Source: Desulfobacterales bacterium
Lineage (GTDB): Bacteria; Desulfobacterota; Desulfobacteria; Desulfobacterales; UBA5852
DNA length: 64,000 nucleotides
NCBI GenBank assembly: GCA_963674755.2
Contig: CAXXVS010000003.1
Coordinates: forward strand, 1,632,001-1,696,000
Direction of reading: 5' to 3'
Below, one piece after another: positions 9,501 through 18,500 of this stretch. The notes beneath the pieces are model-generated. The model searched no databases. It had not been told where the DNA came from and saw only the letters and a list, made by a program, of their open reading frames with translations. Within the stretch, counting starts at the first letter, position 1. The number at the start of each line of letters is the position of its first letter. The translations under genes and the position numbers were made by a program.

Positions 9501-12500
9501 TTATCGACAACAACGGCGACCTCGCGGCGACTTCCACGGCCACTTCCGCCGCCTTGGCGGTAGCCTTCGGTCAGCAAACCCAATCCACCGGCAAAACCAA
9601 GGCGAGCGTCAAGGCCGGGGCAACGGCTACGGCCGACGCCGTGGGGATTGCGGCCGATGGCGACAGTGGCGATCAAAGCACGGACTTTGCCTTGGATCTG
9701 ACCGAAGCGGGATTGGGGAGCCGTTTCGCCAAAACCCGGACGGCCGTCGACGGTGACGATACCCTCACCAATACCGGCGATGTCACGACAACGGCCACGG
9801 CCTCGAGCGGAGCGGCCGGGGTCGCCGTCGCCATCGACGGAGCGGCGGCGGTGGATATTACGTCCACCACCAAAGCCCACGCCACCGGCATCGATACCGG
9901 CGGCGGCGACGATACCATCGACAATCAGGGCGCAATCACGTCGACAGCCACCGCCACCTCCCTGGCCCTTGGCGTGGGGGTCGGCGCGAAAAGCGGTTCC
10001 AGCGGCAAGGCCAGCTCCAAGGTCGAGGCCACGGCCAAATCGGAAGCCCGGGCCATCGGCATTACCACCGACGGCGACCAGCAGGACACCGCGCTCGCAA
10101 TCGGCCTCGCCATAACCGAAAACGGGCTGGGTGCGCGCTATTACCAGTCCAAGACGCCGGTGTCGGGCGATGACCACCTGACCAATACCGAGGCGGTGAC
10201 GGCCGTGGCGACCGCCACCAGCGGCGCGGGGGCCGTCGGCGTGACCACCGAAGGCTCCGCCAAGAGTGATGCCGGCGCCGAGGCCAAGGCTGACGCACGG
10301 GCCCTGGACCTTGGCGGCGGCAGCGATACGGTCGACAACAGCGGGGCCCTGTCGGCGGTCGCCACCGCCACGGCGGCGGCCGTCGAGGTCTCGGTTTCCG
10401 GAAAGGGAACCACCATCGCCAACAACGGGATCTTCAGCGCCGGCACGAAGGCGGACGCCCGGTCCGTGGGTATCGCCGGGACGGGGGCGGAAAACGCCGA
10501 AACGCTGGATGTCACCCTGGGGGTCGATTTCAATGCGGTGAGCGCCGAATTCGGTTTCGAAAAGATCGCCGACGGCATCGGGGCCGACGGCGACGATACG
10601 GTCATCAACAATGCCGCCATCACCGCCGTGGCCACGGCCACGGCGCCGGAGGTCAGTGTGGCCGTGACCAGCGAAGGCATCGCCGCATCCCTGACCAGCA
10701 CCGAGGCCAAAGCGGACGCCGCCGCCATCCGCACCGGCCACGGCGATGATGTCATCATGACCGACGGCAGCCTGAGCGCGGTCGCCACGGCGACGGCTGC
10801 GGCCGCCAATGTCGCCGTCACCGGCAAGGGTCTGGCCGTGGCCGGCAACGCGGTCTGGGACGGCGGGATCAAGGCCGATGCCAAGGCGGCCGGCATCCAT
10901 TCCGAAGGCGGGGATAAGGATAGTTTGACCGTCGATGTCGGGGCATCGCTGCAAGGCGTCGCCGTCGTTTATGGCAAGACCAAGGAATTGGCCAGCGGGG
11001 AAGACACCGTGACCAATGACGGCGATATCACCGCCACGGCGGTGGCCGCCGCTCCCGAAGTGTCCGTCGCCGTAGCATCCCAGGGCATGGCCGCTTCCAT
11101 CTCTACATCCACCGCTAATTCGGAGGCTTTCGGGATTCGCACCGGCGATGCGGATGATACCATCACCAACCGGGGTTCCATTACCGCGACGGCCAACGCC
11201 GATGCGGTGGCCGTCAATGTCGCCGTGGCGCCCACCGGGGTCAGTGCCGCAGGCAACAACTTCTGGAGCGGAGGCAACAAGGCCCAGGCCAGCGCCTTCG
11301 GCATCGATGCCGACGGGGAGACGGCTTCGGAAACAAGGAGCTATTTCGGGGCCGACAACGACGGCGTGGCTTTCACTTACACGCAGGAGGAAAGTCTGGC
11401 CAACGGCGACGATGTCATCCGCAATGACGGGGACGTGGCCGTCACGGCCGTTGCGGCGGCGCCCACCGCGAGCGTGGCTGTCACAACGGAGGGGGTGGCG
11501 GCCGCCATGTCCACCGCCACGGCCAAGAGCGATGCCCGGGCCATCCGCGGCGGTGACGGGGATGACGACATCGAAAATGCAGGCGATCTGACCGTTTTCT
11601 CCAATGCCGATGCCGCCGCGGTCAATGTTTCCGTGGTCCCCACCGGAGGGGTGTCAGTGGCCGGCAACAATTTCTGGGATGGCGGCACCCAGGCCGAGGC
11701 CCTGGCCGTGGGCATCGACGGCGACGGCGAATCCTTGAGCACATCGTCCACCAACGTTAGCGTGGGCGGCAACGGGATTGGGATCGAATATACCAGCAGC
11801 CGTCAGATGGCCAGCGGCGACGACCGGATCGTCAATTCCGGGAACATGGATATTACCGCGGTGGCCGTGTCGCCTGCGGTTTCCGCGGCGGTGACGGCGG
11901 CCGGGGTGTCGGCCGCCATATCGACCGCCAAAGCGACCTCGGATGCCAGGGCCATTCGCGGGGGGGACGGGAGCGATACGATCGAGAATACGGGCGATCT
12001 GACCGTCGTTTCGAATGCCGATGCGGCGGCGGTCAATGTCTCGGTCAATGCCGAGGGCGGTGTGGCCCTTGCGGCGGATGCGATCTGGGACGGCGGCACC
12101 ACGGCCGAAGCCAGGGCGATGGGTATCGATGCCGAGGGGGAATCGTCAACCAGCAGCACCACGAAGATCGCCATCGGCGCTTCCGTGGATTACGACCGGG
12201 ATAAAACCGATGAGGAGGCCACGGGCGACGATATCGTCAACAACCAGGGGGCCATCAATGCCTGGGCCGTTGCGGTGGCGCCTTCCGTGGCGGTTTCGGT
12301 GGTGGGGACCGGCGGGGTGGCCGGCGCTATCTCAACGGCCACAGCCAAAGCAGACAGCACCGCCATCAGTACCGGGGGGGGAGACGATACCATCCGCAAC
12401 AGCGGGGCGCTGACATCCGAAACCGTCGCTAATGCCGATGCAGTCAGTGTGTCGGTGACCGGTGTGGGCGGGGTGAGTGTATCCGGCAACAATGTTTGGG

Positions 12501-15500
12501 ACGGCGGCACCAAGTCGGAGGCGACCACCCGGGGCGTCGACAGCGGGGATGGCGATGACGTCCTGGAGAATCACGGCGCTATTGCCGCCACGGCAACCTC
12601 GGTGACGGCCAACGGTTCCGTGTCGGTGACCGGTGTGGGCGGGGTGGCCGGGGCGATTTCAACCTCCACCGCCAAATCCGACAGCGCGGCGATTCTAACC
12701 GGAGAGGGCGCTGACACGATCAAAAATTTCAGGAACCTCAGCTCGGGAGCTTCATCCATCGCCGCTTCCGTCAATGTTTCCGTCACCGGCGTGGGCGGGG
12801 TGAGTGTGTCCGGCAACAACGCCTGGGACGGCGGTACCAGGGCCGAAGCCAAATCCCGGGGCGTCGACAGCGGCGACGGCGACGATACGCTGGAAAACAG
12901 CGGCGACATAGCGGCCTGGGCCACCACCGTAGCGGCCAGCGGTGCAGTCTCGGTGGTGGGCGTCGGCGGCGGGGCGGGAGCCCTTTCCACCGCCACGGCC
13001 AAAGCGGACAGTGCTGCCATCGACACCGGCAGCGGCGAAGATACCATCACGAATACCGGTATGCTTTCATCGGAAGCCTTTGCCACCGGTGATGCCGCCA
13101 ATGTGTCCGTGACGGGTGTGGGCGGGGTGAGCGTTTCCGGCAACGATGTCTGGGACGGGGGCACCCTTTCCGAAGCGCAATCCCGGGGACTGACCAGCGG
13201 TGACGGCGACGACCACGTCGACAACTACGGTGCCATTTCCGCGACGGCAACGACGGTGACGGGCACCGGCGCCGTAGCGGTGACGGGTGTGGGCGGCGTC
13301 TCGGGCGCCATTTCAACCGCCACGGCCAAATCGGACGGCACGGCCATCGACACCGGGGACGGGGACGATGAGGTTACCAACAGCGGCAACCTGACGGCTG
13401 AAAGCAGTGCCGTGGCGGCGGCCGTCAATGTGTCGGTGACGGGCGTGGGCGGCGTCAGTTTGGCCGGCAACAACGCCTGGGACGGCGGGACCCTGTCCGA
13501 GGCCCGATCCAGGGGTATCGACAGCGGGGACGGCGACGACATCCTGAACAACAGCGGCGATATCGTGGCTATAGCCACGACGGTGACGGCCACCGGCGCG
13601 GTGTCCGTAACGGGCGTCGGGGGGGTATCCGGAGCGGTTTCGACCTCCACGGCCAAGTCCGACGCCGTCGCCATGGCCATGGGGGCGGGGGAGGACGAGG
13701 TTGCCAACAGCGGTGTGCTCGCTGCCCGCGCCTTTGCCAACGCCGACGGCCTCAACGTGGCCGTGACCGGCGTTGGTGGTGTATCGGTGGCCGGCAACAA
13801 CGCCTGGGACGGCGGGACCCTGGCCGAGGCCCGGGCCGCCGGCATCGACGGCGGGGACGGCGAAGCCCGCATCAGCAACACCAACCGCATAACGGCCACC
13901 GCCGATGCGGTGAGCGTGGCGGCGTCATTGAGCTACGTCACCTTCGGCGTTCCCCTGGCCATATCGACCTCCACGGCCGATGCCGACGCGGCCGCCCTCC
14001 GCTCCGGCGACGAAGACGACGAGCTGGCCAACAGCGGCGATTTGACGGCCGCTGCCGATGCCACCGCGGTGAGTGTCAATGTGGCGGTCACGGGCGCCGG
14101 GGTGGCCGGCGCCGGAGACGCCGTCTGGGACGGGGGTACCAAGGCGACGGCGGTGTCGGTCGGGGTGGATGCCCAGGCCGGCCAAGACATGATCCACAAT
14201 AACGGCGCGATGGCGGTCGATGCCGATGCCGTGACCAGTTCCACCAGTGTCGCGTTCACCGTGGCAGGCGTTTCCGGGGCGATTTCGACGTCCACGGCCA
14301 CCGCCGATGCCCAGGCCATATCCGCCGGAGACGGCGACGATACCCTGGTCAATGAGGGGGCCCTGGACAGCACGGCCAATGCCACCGCCGTGAGCGTCAG
14401 TTTCGCGGCCAGCGCCGGCGGGGCCGCCATTGCGGCGGATGCCGCATGGGACGGCGGTACCAAGGCCAATGCCTCCTCGCAAGGCCTGGCGGGTGGCCTG
14501 GGGAACGATGAGATCCGGAACACGGCCGGCATCGACGCCACCGCCGATTCGACCGCCAGCTCGAACAGTGTCGCCATGACCGTGGCCGGCGTTTCCGGTG
14601 CGGTTTCCACTGCCACCTCGATCGCTGACGCTGCTGCCATCGACGCCGGTGAGGGCAATGACACCATCGTCAACAGTGGGGATTTGACCGGAACGGCCGA
14701 CGCGGGCGCTACCAGTGTGAGTGTTACGATAACTGGCATGGGGGCGGCGCTGGCGACGGACGCCTTCTGGGACGGCGGGACGCAGGCGGATGCAACCGCC
14801 CGCGGCATAGCCGGCGGTGCGGGTGAGGATGAGATTACCAATACGGCTAACATCACGGCCGAGGCCGGATCCCATACAACGTCGGCCGCGGTCTCGGTGG
14901 TGGGGGGCGGCCTGGCCGGCGCCATGGCGGCCTCGACCGCAAGCGCTGCGGCCACGGCCATCGATGCGGGTGCGGATGACGATCGGGTGTACAACGACGG
15001 CGAACTCACGGCAACGGCGGCCGCCGAAGCCAGCGGTGTGAGTGTTGCCGTTACCAGTGTCGGGGCCTCGCTGGCGGGCGCCCTGGACAGCGCCACGACC
15101 GGAAACGCCCGGGCGGTCGGCATGGCAGGCGGGGAAGGGGCGGATTTCCTCACGAGCAGTGAATTGTCCGCCATGACCATCGATGCCCGTGCCGTTACGA
15201 CGGATACCGCGGTTTCGGTAGCGGCGGAAGGCCTGGCTGGGGCCGTTGCCGATGCCCTTGCCGTTGCCGAGGGGATTGCCATCGACGGCGGCGCTGACAA
15301 CGACCAGATTGCAAATGCGGGCCTGATTGTGGAAACCGTGGCTGCGGAGGCCAATTCCCGGGCGGTCGCGTTTACCCTGACGGGCGTCGAAGTCGCCGAT
15401 GCGAATGCGGAAAGCCGCGCCACGGCGACAGGCTTGTCGGGTGGTGCGGGTGACGATGTGGTCCGCAATTTCGGTTCCATTGCCCTGGAAGCAAACGCCG

Positions 15501-18500
15501 ATGCTGAAGGGCTGGCCATCGCCGGCACGCTGGGCGGTGCTTCCGTGGCAGGCGCCAATGCCACGGCAGGCGTCGAGGCCATCGGGCTGGAGGGGGAGGG
15601 CGGCGAAGACACCCTCATCAACACGGGGCGGATAGCTGGCGATGTCAATGCCACGACCCATGCCCGGACGATCAATGCCGCTCTGGCCGGATATGCCCTC
15701 AGCGAAGCGAACGCCACCGCAACGGTGAGCGCCCTGGGGATATCGGGCGGGGAGAGCGATGATACCCTCATCAACACCGTATCGGGCGACATCGATCTTC
15801 TGGCCACTGCGGATGTCTACGCCAATCAGGTGACCATTGCGGTGGCGGGCGCGGCCGACGGCGAAGCCAATGCCACGCCGGAAATAGAGGTCACCGGCCT
15901 TGCGGGAGGCGCCGGTGACGACGCGATTCTCAACGAAGGGCGGCTGACGCTGCGGAGCCGGTCGAAAAGTGAAGCCACGGGATCCAGTTGGACAGTCGCC
16001 GGATCGGCCAGCAGTCGTTCCGGCAACCAGGTGACCACCACGGTTAAGGGCATCACCGGGGGATCGGGAAACGACGACATCGTCAATACCGGCACGATTC
16101 AGGTCGGCCCCGGAGAGGACGCCACCGGAGACGACTACTGGATGGCAAGCCTGATTACCGACAGCTATTCCCTGGGGTTTGCCGGGGCCACCAATGCGGA
16201 AACAACGGCCTATGCCCATACCCTTTCAACCGGCATTGAAGGCGAGACAGGCGACGATCGCATCCAAAATGATGGTGATATCCTCGTCATGGCGACCTCA
16301 AGGAGTGAATCCACCAGCGGCACCCTCAACCTTTTTGGTTCCGGTGCGGCCGATTCGGATGCCGGCGCCTTGACCGTTGCGACCGGAATTATGGGCGGTG
16401 AAGGCGATGACCGGATTGTAACCGGTGGTGCTTCGCCAGCTTTGATCAGGGTAATTGCCGATTCGAATCTGACCATGGATGGTTCCCGGTTTGCGATCGG
16501 CGGCGGCGGAGCCGCCGGAGGGAAGCTGGTGGCGGAAACGGTTGCCGCGGGGATTTCCGGCGGCGACGGCGAAGACCTCCTGATCAATGCCGGCGACGTC
16601 AGCGTAACGGCTGTCTCGACCCTGAACTCCCAAGCCGGGTCGGATACGATTTTCGGCACCAGCGGCACGGGCCTGACCTCCGGGGCGACCACCGACGCGG
16701 CCGGCATGACCGGCGGCGACGGCGACGACGCGATTGAGAACACGGGCCGGATCGAAGTGGCGGCCACTGCAACCCTGACCCAGGACGGGTCGAGCTACAC
16801 CTTCGGCGGCACCGGCGAAACCGGCGGCGCGCTGGTAGCGGCGACCCGCGTGGTCGGGATCGCTGGTGACCTTGGGGGGGACATCATTCGCAACGCGGGT
16901 GACATCATTGTTGCGGCGGATGCCGATCTCGAATCCCGCGGAGATTCGGAAACCACATTCGGCACCTCCGAGGGCGGGGTAACCGTTGGCGCGGATGTGG
17001 AAACGGCCGGAATCGACGGCGGCGATGGCGATGACGCGATTGAAACCACGGGCCGGGTCGAAGTGTCGGCCGCCGCGACCCTTAACCAGGCCGGATCGAG
17101 CTACACCTTCGGCGGCACGGGGGAAACCGGCGGGACCCTGGCGGCGACCACCCGCACCGTGGGCATTGTCGGGGACGGAGGTGCGGACCATATCCGCAAC
17201 ACCGGTGTCATCGACGTTCAGGCCGATGCTGCGCTGACCTCAAACGGGGCGTCGGAAGCCACCTTCGGCGGGTCGTCCGCGAGCGTGGTGTCTGGCGGCC
17301 AATCCTATGCCGCCGGCATCACGGGCGGCGAAGACGACGATGTCATCGAAAACAATGCCGATGGCCGGGTGGATGTCCGGTCGTCTGCTGAAGTGACAAC
17401 GGAATCCATTGCCTATACCTTCGGAGGCGGATCGGGCACCGAGGCCATATTGACCGGCGATGCGACCGCCGTTGGCCTGGACGGCGGATCGGGCAACGAC
17501 CGCCTGGCCAGTCACGGGGTGGTTGACGTGGAGGCCGTTTCGACGCTGCAATCAACCGGCGGGGCCAAAAATACCCTCAGCCTCACCAGTGATGTGGATT
17601 CCACCGGCCGCTCCGCCGCCGCAGCCCAGGCGCGTGGTCTGGACGCCGGCGACGGAGACGACATTATCGCCGCCTCCGGGCAAATCGATGTTCGCGCCGC
17701 AGCGACCACCGAAGTCCTCAATGAAGCCCGCAGCGGGGCTTCCATCACCAGCGACAACGAGGCCGGTGCGATTACCCGGGCCGATGCGGATGCGGCGGGA
17801 CTTGCGGCCGGCGACGGCGCCAATCGCATTCACAACCAGAGCGAGCTGACCGTGGCGGCCGCAAGCACGGCCTATGCCTTTGCCTATGCCAGCGGCGCCA
17901 GCGTTTCCTTTGACGGCGACGGCCTGACAAGGGCCGAGAGCCGGGCCAATGCCACCGCCGCCGGTATCCGCGCCGCCGACGGCGACAATGTGATTGCCAA
18001 TACGGGGCAGGTGACCGTGACGGCGGATGCGACAACGGCCAAAGAACTCGAAACATCGATTACCATTTACAGCATGGGGGACGATGCGGAACCCATCGAC
18101 CCGCCGCAGACCTATGGGGAAGAGGAACTGCCGGCCTTTGTCGATGGCGAGGGCGATCCGATCGATCAGAACCGGACGGGCTATCCGGAAGGGACCATCC
18201 TTTTCTGGACCCGGGCACCCCTGGATCAGCAGGATCCCAATGTGGCCGCCCAAGGGGCTTACTACGTCGTGGTCGTCAGCGAGATCGACTCCGACGGTCC
18301 GGATGGTGAAGAAGAACCTTACGAACTATGGCAGTGGGAGCTCACCCAGCAGGTTGTGGCGGAAACGATCACCATTGCCGAGGACAGCTTCCCGTCCTAT
18401 GCGGCGGCCAACGGCAATGGCCTGGATGGTGACGGCAACGCCCGGGCGACAGGGTCGACGGTGGCCGAAGCCCGCGGTGTTCAACTGGGCGACGGGGACA

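Noticed and set aside
12400..14800. Regularly spaced repeats considered as a CRISPR array or DGR template/variable repeats
   Set aside because: In-frame coding repeats that differ mostly at synonymous positions; no unique spacers, cas genes, reverse transcriptase or adenine-specific variation
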